Below, one piece after another: positions 39,931-50,393 of a DNA stretch of 64,000 nt (position 1 is the first letter of the stretch; every line of letters begins with the position of its first letter). The DNA is from Candidatus Heimdallarchaeota archaeon. Lineage in GTDB: Archaea > Asgardarchaeota > Heimdallarchaeia > Heimdallarchaeales > Heimdallarchaeaceae. The DNA lies in the NCBI GenBank assembly GCA_021399345.1, contig JAAFKI010000154.1, positions 1 through 64,000 on the forward strand, read 5' to 3'. Position numbers and translations under genes: made by a program. Below the pieces are notes generated by a model. That model had not been told where the DNA came from, searched no databases, and worked only from the letters and a program-made list of their open reading frames with translations.

Positions 39931-40920
39931 TCATACTAGCTTCTGATCTTTCATCCAGTTAAAGGCATCTTGAAAAGAATCTTTAATAGAATATTCAGGT
40001 TCAAAACCCACTATCTGGTTAATTTTTTCTAAGCTATATACTCTTGTCCTACTGAATTGATTTACTCTTCTACGGGATATTTTTGGAGTTGATTTCTTTA
40101 TTTTAGCCATTGTTTCACTAAAAACAGCTGCAGTTATCGCTAGTGGGAAACTTATTTCTTCAAATACAGGTTCTTTTCCAGTAATTTCTCCTGCCATTTC
40201 AAATAACTCCCGAGCAGTACAAGTTGAACCAATAACATGAAAAGCTTCACCATTAGCTTTTTCTGTAGCTCCACACATAACTAAAGCTCTAGCTACATCC
40301 TTATGATGAACAAAAGAAACAACAGCTTTACCAGTTCCAACAAGAGGTATCTTTCTTTCCTTCAGGAGGTAATTAAAAATTTTAGGTGCTACTTGTCTAT
40401 CCTTGGGGCCAACAATGTAAGGTGGTCTAACTGCTGAAGCAAAAAAACCATGCTCTCGTGCATACTTGAAAACTAATTTCTCGGCTATCCATTTAGTTTC
40501 ATGATAAGGGTGATCAGATTTTTTTGGATGATCCTCTTTTATTGGTTGATTTTTTACCTTGTAACCATAAATGCCAACTGTACTTATATGTAAGAATTTT
40601 TTCCCATTGTTCTCAATAAATGCTTCAAGCAAATTTTTTGTACCTGTCACATTAACATCGTAATATAATCTTGAGGGAATATTATCTCTAGCTTCTCCAG
40701 CAGCATTATAGACATCATCTATTCCACTTAATGCTTTTAGTAGAGATTCTTTGTCCGTTAAATCTCCTTTAACGAAACTGATACCTAACTCTTCTAAAGC
40801 AGGATATTTTTTGTCTGACCGAGTTAATGCTTTGATTTCTGTTTTTGGATATTCTTCTCTTAATTTCTTAGCAATAAAATATCCCACTGCACTAGTAGCT
40901 CCAGTTACCAATATAGTCAT
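39931..40920 (-). CDS. NAD-dependent epimerase/dehydratase (extended SDR)
   Basis: ILVTGAT, NVTGT.NLL, YHETK. Confidence 0.9.
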   Translation of the reverse strand: MTILVTGATSAVGYFIAKKLREEYPKTEIKALTRSDKKYPALEELGISFVKGDLTDKESLLKALSGIDDVYNAAGEARDNIPSRLYYDVNVTGTKNLLEAFIENNGKKFLHISTVGIYGYKVKNQPIKEDHPKKSDHPYHETKWIAEKLVFKYAREHGFFASAVRPPYIVGPKDRQVAPKIFNYLLKERKIPLVGTGKAVVSFVHHKDVARALVMCGATEKANGEAFHVIGSTCTARELFEMAGEITGKEPVFEEISFPLAITAAVFSETMAKIKKSTPKISRRRVNQFSRTRVYSLEKINQIVGFEPEYSIKDSFQDAFNWMKDQKLV

Positions 40921-41044
40921 TTTCTTCTATCTAAAATAAAACGGGTTCTATATATTTTTTTAGAGTGAAAAAGGACTAGAAGCTAAATTATTTTAACTTC
41001 TGTTAAAGCGAAACGCTTTTTTAAGCCGATTTTGTAACTAATTT

Positions 41045-42478
41045 ATGATAAAAATTTATAGCACTCTTACACGTCTACTTGAAGAGTTCAAGACTATTAA
41101 ACCTGGTGTTGTGAAGTGGTATAACTGTGGACCAACAGTTAATGGTCTCATGCATTTAGGCCATGCTAGATCTGCTATAGCCTTTGATACTATTCGAAGA
41201 TATCTTGAGTATAAAAAATACAAGGTGGTATATGTAATGAACTTCACAGATATCGAAGATAGAATGATCGAAGTAGCAAATAAAGAAAAACGAGCAGTAT
41301 TAGAGGTTGCTGAAGAATATTTAAACTATTTCCGACGAGATATGGCTAATTTAAATCTCAAAACTGCCACAGTACATCCTAGAGCTATGCTCCACATTAA
41401 CCAAATGATTGAGTTCATTGAGGGGTTAATAGAAAAAGGATATGCGTATGAGAGTAATGGGGATGTCTATTTTGATGTCAGAAAGTTCGAAGAATATGGA
41501 AAACTATCAAATCAGAAGTTAGAAAATGTTCTTCAAGAGGGAACAGAAGATACCAAAAATCCCAATAAAAGGTTTCCTGCAGATTTTGCACTATGGAAGA
41601 ATGAAAAACCAGGTGAACCAAGTTGGTCATCACCTTGGGGTAAAGGAAGGCCAGGCTGGAATCTAGAATGCTCTTGCATGTCCAGAATCTATCTTGGTGA
41701 CACTTTAGATATCCACAGTGGTGGTCAAGATCTCATCTTTCCTCATCATGAGAATGAAATTGCTCAATCTGAATCACTTACAGGAAAACCATTTGCCAAT
41801 TATTGGCTCCATAATGGTTACATCAATATCGATAAGGAAAAAATGAGTAAATCTCTAGGCAATTTTGTTAATATTGTGGATTTACTCCAACATTATTCTA
41901 CAGATGCTGTGCGTTTGTTTGTCCTTCAAACCCATTACCGTAGTCCAATCATTTTTACTGAGGATGCAATAGATCAAGCTCAAATAACATCGGACAGGTT
42001 GTTTGATGTTATTTTACTAACCAAGAATTATGCAACCGAAACAACAGTGAATAAAAGTGCTCTATCGGATTTAGATAAAGAGTTACTAGAAAAAATCACC
42101 AAAGCTAGAGAGGATTTTGTCAAAGCGATGGATGAAGATTTCAACACATCTAATGGTTTTGCTGTAGTCTTTGATTATTCTAGGGAAGTTAATGATTATC
42201 TTCGAAAAGCAGACCAAATTAATGGAGCTGTTATTAACAAAGCTGATGAACTATTCAATGAATTCAGATCAGTTTTCGGCTTATATGAAGATTTTAACAG
42301 TTACCTATCAATGGATTTAGTTGAAAAACTAGTTAAACTTCTTGTTGAAATCCGTGGTGAATATAGGAAAGAGAAGAACTGGGAAATGAGTGACAAAATA
42401 AGAGATGAGCTAAAGCATGCTGGTGTCACCTTAGAAGACAATCCAAAAAGAATTCTCTGGAAACTTAGTGAAAACTAG
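41045..42478 (+). CDS. cysS: Cysteine--tRNA ligase
   Basis: CGPTV, HLGH, GG.DL.FPHHENE, KMSKS. Confidence 0.97.
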   Translation: MIKIYSTLTRLLEEFKTIKPGVVKWYNCGPTVNGLMHLGHARSAIAFDTIRRYLEYKKYKVVYVMNFTDIEDRMIEVANKEKRAVLEVAEEYLNYFRRDMANLNLKTATVHPRAMLHINQMIEFIEGLIEKGYAYESNGDVYFDVRKFEEYGKLSNQKLENVLQEGTEDTKNPNKRFPADFALWKNEKPGEPSWSSPWGKGRPGWNLECSCMSRIYLGDTLDIHSGGQDLIFPHHENEIAQSESLTGKPFANYWLHNGYINIDKEKMSKSLGNFVNIVDLLQHYSTDAVRLFVLQTHYRSPIIFTEDAIDQAQITSDRLFDVILLTKNYATETTVNKSALSDLDKELLEKITKAREDFVKAMDEDFNTSNGFAVVFDYSREVNDYLRKADQINGAVINKADELFNEFRSVFGLYEDFNSYLSMDLVEKLVKLLVEIRGEYRKEKNWEMSDKIRDELKHAGVTLEDNPKRILWKLSEN

Positions 42479-42557
42479 GTACTTCCTCCTTTTTATTTTT
42501 AATTTCAGACAAAATAATCTAAAATGATTTATAGTCCATACTTAATTAACAAAGTTA

Positions 42558-42977
42558 ATGACTAGGATGTTTGGAACACCTGAAGATTACAAAGTATACA
42601 TGTACACTGCAGTAGGTATGGTACTTGCTGGTGTTGTAGCTTTTGTTGTTTTTCTGATAATTGGAATTGCAGCTTTGATTTCAGCAAGTATAATTACTAT
42701 CGGATGTGGTTTCACTATAGCTGCAGCAATGGGTTTTGGCTTTCTTAGAAAGAAGAAGAAGGACACTAACGCTGACTTCAAAATTACAATACTAATTAGA
42801 ATTCTGTTACTTCTAGCTTTTGCTGTGAGTACCTATTTAATCGTATTCGCAGGTTATTATGTAGAAACTGACCCATTCTCTACTAATATGCTTATCACTC
42901 TGACAATTGCACTTCCAATAGTTATTATATCACTAATTACTTGTGACCTATTTCTAAATCGAAAGAGGAATAATTAA
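42558..42977 (+). CDS. 4-TM membrane protein
   Basis: Four hydrophobic helices with a basic loop. Confidence 0.75.
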   Translation: MTRMFGTPEDYKVYMYTAVGMVLAGVVAFVVFLIIGIAALISASIITIGCGFTIAAAMGFGFLRKKKKDTNADFKITILIRILLLLAFAVSTYLIVFAGYYVETDPFSTNMLITLTIALPIVIISLITCDLFLNRKRNN

Positions 42978-44570
42978 TCATCTGGCCATAAAAATTAGTT
43001 TTTTTCTTCTGAGACTTATAGCAGATACTACAAATAGTGGTATCACTAAATATAATGGCTGAAATCTTGATTTATTTACAGTTTCTGGAGGATTCTCTGA
43101 TATTTGTACGTTGATTTGTTCAGTGTTTTGATGCCCACTCTCATCTTTAATAACTATAGTTAGATTGTAATTACCATCTTCTAAGTAGCCTAGATCTACA
43201 CTCAATGAAGTTGGTTGCCAATACTTCTTGAAATCAAGTTCAGATTGTTCTATTAATTCCTCCTCGAAATATAGTTTATAGCTGCCATTCATTGGATATT
43301 TATTTCTAAAGTTGTAGAAAGCTTCCCAGTTTATGATTGTTTTTTCACCAGATTTTATCCAATACAATGGATCTATTTGTATTATTGGTGAAAGTGATAC
43401 TCTTTCCATTCTGTAAACTCCTCCTGCAATATCTCCTTCTTTTGGAAAATACATCTCCCAAACAATTTCTGATTCGCTATTTACTTCGACCAATCTTGCC
43501 CCAATTGTAGTTTCTCCTTCATGCCCGTGTGTCCCGAATGTTCCTAATTTATTACCATTGGGTAACAGGTCTGCGTCACCCCACCAAGCAGTATGATAAT
43601 TCTTAGGAGATGAAAATTCATAAGTTGTATTAGCAGTCATTGTATTTTCATCAATAATAATCTCAATAATCCTCGAATGATGATTCAAATTGTCTGTCTG
43701 ATTGTGTTCATCATTATCAAAATAGATGAAGGAATTTTCAGATGTTATCTCTAGTGCATGACCATGATAGAAGAGGATGTCTTTTATGTTTCCATAAATA
43801 TCTCTCATTGTAAAGTCTCCATGCTCTCCTAGAGACCAGAGTAGAGAACCTGTTTTATGATCTATCTTGTAAAAAGTGTTAGTATTTCTACAACTGACAT
43901 AAATTACATCTTGATCTTGATCGTAGCTTATTGAATTTGCATGTGTGACATCAGCAACCCCTCCAATTTCTAAGTCCTCATAAGGACACCAATGACTAAA
44001 GGGTATAAAATCGCCCATATTCACACTCCAGACCAAAGTTCCATTAGGAGTATATTCTGCTATTTGATCATACAAATATTCTGTTCCTTGGTTTTCAATT
44101 ATATAAGGATGCAGAGTAAAATAAGTGTCATTTGCTTCATTTCTTTCATATTCATGGTGCCCTTTGAATCCTAATTGTTCGGTCTCATCAGTTTCAATAT
44201 TCCACAAGAAAGCTCCAAAATAATTACCATATAGAAGAGTTGTTGAATTGAGAAATTCAACGCTCATGAAACCATCAAGTCCTATATCTTTTTCTATGAT
44301 GATATTGCCTCCCATATCTGTTAAATAAAGAGTTTTATCCACAGATGTATAGTCAACCATACTCCTTCTTTCAATAATAAAAAGATTATATGCATCAAAA
44401 TAATCACCATTAGAAATTATTACAGGATTTCCACGAATACTAGTTGTATCTGTTAATTCTTCTATGCTTCCCTGGCTAATCATTACGTTTGAAGTAAGGA
44501 AAAGCAAGATTAGTACTGATGGATATATTTTGGAGGTTATTGAAGTATTGAGCATAGATAGTATCTCCAT
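42978..44570 (-). CDS. Arylsulfate sulfotransferase (ASST)-like secreted protein with C-terminal anchor
   Basis: HHE, THANS, SCRN, HGH, FDN, YR motifs; terminal TM plus RRKK. Confidence 0.85.
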   Translation of the reverse strand: MEILSMLNTSITSKIYPSVLILLFLTSNVMISQGSIEELTDTTSIRGNPVIISNGDYFDAYNLFIIERRSMVDYTSVDKTLYLTDMGGNIIIEKDIGLDGFMSVEFLNSTTLLYGNYFGAFLWNIETDETEQLGFKGHHEYERNEANDTYFTLHPYIIENQGTEYLYDQIAEYTPNGTLVWSVNMGDFIPFSHWCPYEDLEIGGVADVTHANSISYDQDQDVIYVSCRNTNTFYKIDHKTGSLLWSLGEHGDFTMRDIYGNIKDILFYHGHALEITSENSFIYFDNDEHNQTDNLNHHSRIIEIIIDENTMTANTTYEFSSPKNYHTAWWGDADLLPNGNKLGTFGTHGHEGETTIGARLVEVNSESEIVWEMYFPKEGDIAGGVYRMERVSLSPIIQIDPLYWIKSGEKTIINWEAFYNFRNKYPMNGSYKLYFEEELIEQSELDFKKYWQPTSLSVDLGYLEDGNYNLTIVIKDESGHQNTEQINVQISENPPETVNKSRFQPLYLVIPLFVVSAISLRRKKLIFMAR

Positions 44571-44645
44571 ATATTGTTCTCTTCAATAAATCTATCTTTA
44601 TTTCTTAATCGTTAAAACTTATATTAACTTGTGAAGATAAATGGT

Positions 44646-45383
44646 TTAGATTTCTCTTGCCAAAATCATATTCACTAGATAATATGGGACTTTGGTCTTT
44701 CTTCCCTCTTTGTTTCCCAAAGTCATATCTAAATCATAAGAAAGTGACCAGTTCTCTACAATAGCTTCCTCTCTGATTTCAGTAGATATAATCTTCCACT
44801 GTGTCCCAGGTTTCAACCCTTTTTCCTCTAATTCAATATAAACTTCTTGTAGAGTTGCTTCATGAGGAAAATGTCTAGCAATAGCTCGCTCAATTATTTC
44901 TACAATTTCTATATTTCTTCCTGAACTAAAAAGAGCTAGTGGTTTATTCGTTTCTGTTTTAGTTTCAGTGCCTTTCTTTTGGGGTATTGTTGCCCCATAT
45001 GGTGTTTTCTCTGGTTTCAATTTTTGTTCGATCATTTCTGCTATTTCATCAGTTAGAACATGTTCCCATTTACATGCTTCTTCATGTATCTTTGACCATG
45101 GAACACCTAACCATTCAAGAAAACTTTCAGATAGCCTATGCTTTCTCACAACTTTTCTAGCAGTTTCCTCTCCCTCAGAGGTTAACTTGGCACCATAATA
45201 TGGTTTATACTCAATAAATCCCTTTTTTGATAATTTCTTAAACATTGAAGTAACTGTACTCGGATCTACATTCATCATTTCAGCTATTTGGTTGGTTTTA
45301 ACGTTTTTAGTACCATATTCAAAAAACCAGAAGAAAGTTTCTAGATACTCCTCTTCTGCAGCTGTTACTTCTGTTTGATTCAT
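44646..45383 (-). CDS. DtxR/MntR-family metal-dependent regulator
   Basis: EEYLE, RKHRLSE.FL, EACKWEH, FeoA-like tail. Confidence 0.93.
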   Translation of the reverse strand: MNQTEVTAAEEEYLETFFWFFEYGTKNVKTNQIAEMMNVDPSTVTSMFKKLSKKGFIEYKPYYGAKLTSEGEETARKVVRKHRLSESFLEWLGVPWSKIHEEACKWEHVLTDEIAEMIEQKLKPEKTPYGATIPQKKGTETKTETNKPLALFSSGRNIEIVEIIERAIARHFPHEATLQEVYIELEEKGLKPGTQWKIISTEIREEAIVENWSLSYDLDMTLGNKEGRKTKVPYYLVNMILAREI

Positions 45384-45410
45384 GGGAAACCCTATAGGTT
45401 GTTATAGATA

Positions 45411-46202
45411 TCATTCACCTTTGAATTCAGGCTTTCTCTTTTCAAATACAGCTTTTATTCCTTCTCTTATATCTTTAGTCCTAAAACAAGTTCGTGCTCC
45501 CTTCCTTTCAGCACTATAGCCACTGTCTAGAGAAGAGTACAATCCTTTCTTGATTGCTTTCTTAGCTTCTCTTAATCCTATTGGTGCATTTTTAACAATT
45601 ACTTCTGCCTTCTCTATGGCTTTTGCTTTTAATTCTTCTAGAGGAACCTTTTCAATAATCAATCCCATCTCAAGGGCTTCATCAGCTGAGAATTTTCTTC
45701 CAGTCAGAATGAGATCTTTTGCAATACTTAACCCAACAACTTTAGGAAGATGATAAGTACCACCCCAACCTGGATTCAAACCAATCGTTGTTTCAGTTAA
45801 TCCAAATAAAGCATTATCTGAAGCTATACGTATATCACAAGAGAGAGCTAATTCCATTCCTCCTCCAATAGCATATCCATTAATAGCTGCAATCACAGGT
45901 GTGGGATGATTTGCAATTTGGGAAAAAACCTTTTGACCTTTCCTAATTACAGTCATAACTCTCCAACCAAGAGACGCAGTCCATTTGAGATCCACACCAG
46001 CTGACCAGCTTTTGCCTTCAGCATAGAGGATTATCGCTCGAACAGTTTTATTTTCTTTTAATGATTTGAGTAAAGAAGACAATCCATCTAGCATCTTGTC
46101 ATTGAAAGCATTCAAAGCTTTTTGACGATTAAATGTAATTAATGCAATGTTGCTTTTTTCACCCACATAATCTAGTAGAAGTATAGAGTTGTTCTCAGCC
46201 AT
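45411..46202 (-). CDS. Enoyl-CoA hydratase/isomerase
   Basis: SAGVDL, AINGYAIGGG.ELAL.CDIR, PGWGG. Confidence 0.93.
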   Translation of the reverse strand: MAENNSILLLDYVGEKSNIALITFNRQKALNAFNDKMLDGLSSLLKSLKENKTVRAIILYAEGKSWSAGVDLKWTASLGWRVMTVIRKGQKVFSQIANHPTPVIAAINGYAIGGGMELALSCDIRIASDNALFGLTETTIGLNPGWGGTYHLPKVVGLSIAKDLILTGRKFSADEALEMGLIIEKVPLEELKAKAIEKAEVIVKNAPIGLREAKKAIKKGLYSSLDSGYSAERKGARTCFRTKDIREGIKAVFEKRKPEFKGE

Positions 46203-46432
46203 GAACTAACTATCCCTAAGTCATATCTAAATTTTATGCAGTGTATTGTTAATATATTTAGTGAAAGTAGAAAAATGCAGTGGAAAATAACTTAGGAGCT
46301 TTAGACTGTACAATTCAAAAGTGAATAATACTAAAATAATACGATAAACATATATTTATCCGGCAAAAAAGGCAGCACTTCAGCTGATGATGGAGAGAAG
46401 TTTCGTGTAGAAATTGTTATGTCACCAAATGG

Positions 46433-48013
46433 TTAATCCACTTCATACCCACCGCCACCTGGAGTCTCAATAATTACTATATCACCCTTCTTAATTTCCT
46501 TGGTGATTTTAGATGGAAGACAAATTGATTCACCATCTTGTCTCAAGATATTGCGACCTTTAGAACCAGTTCCTCCACCCAGTAATCCAAAAGGAGAATG
46601 CTCTCTTCTTTCACTTTGTATTGATAGTACAGCTTTTTCTGCTAACAACTCAACTGAACGACGGACACCATTACTCCCTTGCCATTTTCCTGAGCCACCA
46701 GTATTAGGTATAATTGAGTATTCATGTATTCGCAAAGGATAATATCGTTCTAGAACTTCCACTGAAGTATTCCTAGTGTTTGTCATATGGCTGTGTTTAG
46801 CATTTGGAGGGACGTAATCCTTTCCTGCACCAATCCCTCCTGCAATGGTTTCATAGTAAGTAAATTGCACACCTTTAGGATTAATTCCACCAATAATTAT
46901 GTTATTCATCGTTCCACTACTTGCAGCAGGTACTTCTTCTGGGAACAATTGTGCAAATGATCCAATCATAACATCTGTTATTCTCTGACTTGTTTCTACA
47001 TTCCCAGCAGCTACTCCAGCAGGTGGCAAGGGATCCACTAAGGTACCTTTTTTGGTGATTACCTCTAAAGTTTCATAGAGCCCATAGTTTGTTGCATAGT
47101 CTCTAGAAACTAAACAACGAAGAATGTAATATGTTGCAGAGAGCGTTACTGCATAAGGAGCATTGATGTTTCCATCTACTTGAGGGTCAGTTTTACTATA
47201 ATCAACAATAAGTTTGTCACCCTTTCTTTGCACTTCAGCTGTAATTGCAATTGGTTCTTCCGTCACTCCATCATTATCCATATAATCAGTATAGGTTACA
47301 ATTTCATTCTCAGGAATGGTTTTCACAAGATCCAAAGAAGCACTTCTTGATCTTTTATTCAAGAAATCTATTATTTTCTGAACCCTATCAAGAGAGTATT
47401 TTTTCAAAAGAGCATGGAATTTTTTCTCACCAATCTTTGTAGAAGCTAATTGAGCTTGTATGTCTCCCTTCCGTTCATTTGGAACGCGAATATTGTCAAG
47501 AAAATAATCAAACCATTCTTGATTTAAAACACCATCTCTTTCCAGTATGGTTGGATCTATGACAAATCCCTCTTCCTCTAAAGTGTACTTTCCACTGGGC
47601 ATAGAGCCGGGGACTACACCTCCAACGTCCGCATGATGGCACCTATTTGCAATATAACCTACCAATGTTCTTTCAAAGAAAATAGGTTTAACCACAGATA
47701 TGTCTGGAAGATGTGTTCCACCCAAATAAGGATTATTTGCAATGTAAATATCCCCATCCTTGATGTTATCCTCACCAAAATGTTTGATTAAAGCTTTAAC
47801 TCCCTCTGGCATTGCACCAAGATGAACTGGAATGTGCTCTGCTTGAGCAATTAATCTGCCTTTGTGATCCATTATAGCACTTGAAAAGTCTAATCTATCT
47901 CTGATATTGGGGGAAAAGGCTGACCGTTGAAGAACGATACCTGTTTCTAAAGCTACGTTCTTCAATGACTGATTAATGACTTGTGCCTCAATGAGACTAA
48001 ATTTAGAACTCAT
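46433..48013 (-). CDS. Hydantoinase B/oxoprolinase subunit
   Basis: SPNIRDRLDFS, HIPVHLG, GGTHLPD, HHADVGG, TPGGGG. Confidence 0.95.
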   Translation of the reverse strand: MSSKFSLIEAQVINQSLKNVALETGIVLQRSAFSPNIRDRLDFSSAIMDHKGRLIAQAEHIPVHLGAMPEGVKALIKHFGEDNIKDGDIYIANNPYLGGTHLPDISVVKPIFFERTLVGYIANRCHHADVGGVVPGSMPSGKYTLEEEGFVIDPTILERDGVLNQEWFDYFLDNIRVPNERKGDIQAQLASTKIGEKKFHALLKKYSLDRVQKIIDFLNKRSRSASLDLVKTIPENEIVTYTDYMDNDGVTEEPIAITAEVQRKGDKLIVDYSKTDPQVDGNINAPYAVTLSATYYILRCLVSRDYATNYGLYETLEVITKKGTLVDPLPPAGVAAGNVETSQRITDVMIGSFAQLFPEEVPAASSGTMNNIIIGGINPKGVQFTYYETIAGGIGAGKDYVPPNAKHSHMTNTRNTSVEVLERYYPLRIHEYSIIPNTGGSGKWQGSNGVRRSVELLAEKAVLSIQSERREHSPFGLLGGGTGSKGRNILRQDGESICLPSKITKEIKKGDIVIIETPGGGGYEVD

Positions 48014-50085
48014 TTTCTCTCCTCCATTATTATGTATCCTAAACTGTTTATCCGCCCAAGTACTGAAGGTGGAATTACAGTAGTGGTATCAAGTTGATCA
48101 ATAATACAAGGTCCGCCTAGAACATTACCTGATAGCAATTTTTGCTTATCATAAACTGGAATATCTATCCATTCTCCATCAAAATTAACCCTTCGGTTTG
48201 TTTTAATCGCATCTTCAGGTGGATTTTCAGAACCCTTAGCTAACTTTGTGAATTCTATTCTTGGTACTTTGCCAACTCCCCTTACAGATAAGTTTACTAT
48301 CTCAACTATGAGTTCTTTATCAAACCAAGAATAATTCTGATTATGTAACAACTGAAATTTTTCAGTTACAGATTCTAGTTGTTTTTTATCAATTGGGAAT
48401 GTAACAGATAAGGTTAGAAAGTCAGATTGACCTACATATCTCATATCTAAGGAATAATCAAAGAATTGATCTTCGCTTCCAACCTCTTCACTTGTAAGAA
48501 CTTTTTTCAGATCTTCCTCGATTTCCTTAAGTTTTTCATTCATCTCAGTAAAATCTACTTCATCTTTAGTTTGAAGATAGGATTGTGTATGTTCGTGTTT
48601 AATGTCTGAACAGACAAGTCCAAAAGCTGACCAAACACCAGGGAAGGGTGGAATAATAACCCCGTCCATTTCAAGCTCTTGAGCTATTTCCCAAGCTTGT
48701 AGAGGACCAGCTCCACCAAACCCTAGCAGAGCAAAATCTCTTGGGTCTAATCCTCTTTGTATTGTCACAACCCTGATTGCATTAGCAATGTTATTGTTTA
48801 GTATCTTCCTGACAGATAATGCTAGTTCATCTATGGTCACTATTTCAAGAGGGAATGGTGATGACTTGATTTCATTTAATAGATTATTGAGTTGTAGAGT
48901 TGCTTTATCTTTATCTATATTCAAACTCCCTGCAAAATTATCTTGATGAACATAACCCAGATACAGATTTGCATCAGTTAAGGTTACCTTATCTCCTCCT
49001 AGAGAGTAGCACGCTGGACCAGGATTTGCCCCCTGAGACTCTGGTCCAACAGATAATAAACCATCTTTAAAGTCTGCAATTGATCCACCACCACTACCTA
49101 TTGTTTCTACATCCACCATACTTGCAACTAGTGGGAAACCTCTAAATTCTCTTGATCTTAAAACAATTGGACCATTTATTAGAGCTGCAACATCAGTAGA
49201 TGTTCCCCCTATATCAAGAGAAACTAAGTGCGTTCTGTTTAAGTGTTTAAGACTATCAGCTGCAGCTAAGACTCCACCCGCAAGCCCAGAATAAAGAGTT
49301 TGTATACCCAATTTACCTATCGAAACAACATCTGCCATTCCAGTATTGGATTGCATAATAAGTAGAGGAGATTCCACTCCTAGATTTATTAGCTTACTTT
49401 TCAATCTCGATAAGTATGAATTGACCACTGGGCTAACTTTAGCATTAACGATTGTTGTAACAGCCCTTTCATACTCCTTGATTTGAGGACTTATCTCATG
49501 AGATGTAAAAACATTGTAACCCTTCTCCGAAAAATATTCAGCAACCCTCTTCTCATGTTCTATATTGAGAAAAGAAAAAAGAAAGGAGATGGCTAAGTTC
49601 TTAACTGACTTTGACTCAAACATCTGTAAAGAATTTTCCAACGAACGAAGATCAAGAGATTTGACAATCTTTCCATTACTGTCAACTCTTTCTTCAACCT
49701 CGTAAAGAACATCTTTTTGAAAATTAACTGGATATTTCTGATTGAATTTAAGATTATAGAGTTCTGACCTTTGTTGTCTTCCAATTTCAACTATGTCTTT
49801 GAATCCTTTTGTAGTTAGGAAAGCAATAGGGGGACATTTGTCCTCTAGAAATGCATTTGTTCCTATTGTTGTCCCATGAACAATCACTTCCACATCATTT
49901 TTTTGAAAGTGATGCTTTTCCATAATTTCGTTGAAACCAAAGATTATACCCTCACTTGGATCAGTAGGAGTAGTAGGAGTCTTCCATGCAGAAATATGTC
50001 CGTTAGTTACAATAACATAATCTGTGAAAGTCCCGCCCGTATCAATTCCAATTCTAACTTGTGATGACAGATTGTCCCCGTTCAA
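48010..50085 (-). CDS. Hydantoinase A/oxoprolinase subunit
   Basis: GIDTGGTFTD, HGTT, DIGGTSTD, GSGGGS, FGGAG. Confidence 0.95.
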   Translation of the reverse strand: MNGDNLSSQVRIGIDTGGTFTDYVIVTNGHISAWKTPTTPTDPSEGIIFGFNEIMEKHHFQKNDVEVIVHGTTIGTNAFLEDKCPPIAFLTTKGFKDIVEIGRQQRSELYNLKFNQKYPVNFQKDVLYEVEERVDSNGKIVKSLDLRSLENSLQMFESKSVKNLAISFLFSFLNIEHEKRVAEYFSEKGYNVFTSHEISPQIKEYERAVTTIVNAKVSPVVNSYLSRLKSKLINLGVESPLLIMQSNTGMADVVSIGKLGIQTLYSGLAGGVLAAADSLKHLNRTHLVSLDIGGTSTDVAALINGPIVLRSREFRGFPLVASMVDVETIGSGGGSIADFKDGLLSVGPESQGANPGPACYSLGGDKVTLTDANLYLGYVHQDNFAGSLNIDKDKATLQLNNLLNEIKSSPFPLEIVTIDELALSVRKILNNNIANAIRVVTIQRGLDPRDFALLGFGGAGPLQAWEIAQELEMDGVIIPPFPGVWSAFGLVCSDIKHEHTQSYLQTKDEVDFTEMNEKLKEIEEDLKKVLTSEEVGSEDQFFDYSLDMRYVGQSDFLTLSVTFPIDKKQLESVTEKFQLLHNQNYSWFDKELIVEIVNLSVRGVGKVPRIEFTKLAKGSENPPEDAIKTNRRVNFDGEWIDIPVYDKQKLLSGNVLGGPCIIDQLDTTTVIPPSVLGRINSLGYIIMEERK

Positions 50086-50090
50086 AGTTA

Positions 50091-50112
50091 TTCAGATTAC
50101 AGAGAATCTGAA
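50091..50112. promoter_or_regulatory. 8-bp inverted repeat, putative operator of the hydantoinase operon
   Basis: TTCAGATT-6nt-AATCTGAA between a TATA-like TTTAAA and the start codon. Confidence 0.45.
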
Positions 50113-50200
50113 CCAATTTAAAGTTTAGCGGAAAACCATTTGACCGTTAGTAACTAAGGAGTGAAAAGTTAGCCAATCTTACCAGAGCACCAGAAAAAGA

Positions 50201-50347
50201 ACGTTTGAGACCAAACTCCTCCCTATCAACCAAGTAGAGCAGCAGTTGGGTGGAAGACAATTGGTGGTAGATATGATTGCCCTCGTTACTTCTTTCGCAG
50301 GAAGGCTACATAGACAACGAAGAGGGAAAGCTCCGATGACGGGATGA
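50201..50347 (+). pseudogene. tnpA: C-terminal remnant of an IS607 serine-recombinase transposase
   Basis: ...QLVVDMIALVTSFAGRLHRQRR resembles the IS607 TnpA helix ELVEDLxxxxTSFxxRLYG.R; no start codon, HTH or catalytic domain. Confidence 0.75.
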
Positions 50348-50393
50348 GTTCTTGCCTTTAAATATCATTTTGCGGATTAGATAGTGAGACAAA

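Noticed and set aside
46375-46432. CTGATGA motif after a TATA-like tract (C box or hammerhead core)
   Set aside because: No D box and no hammerhead stems around it
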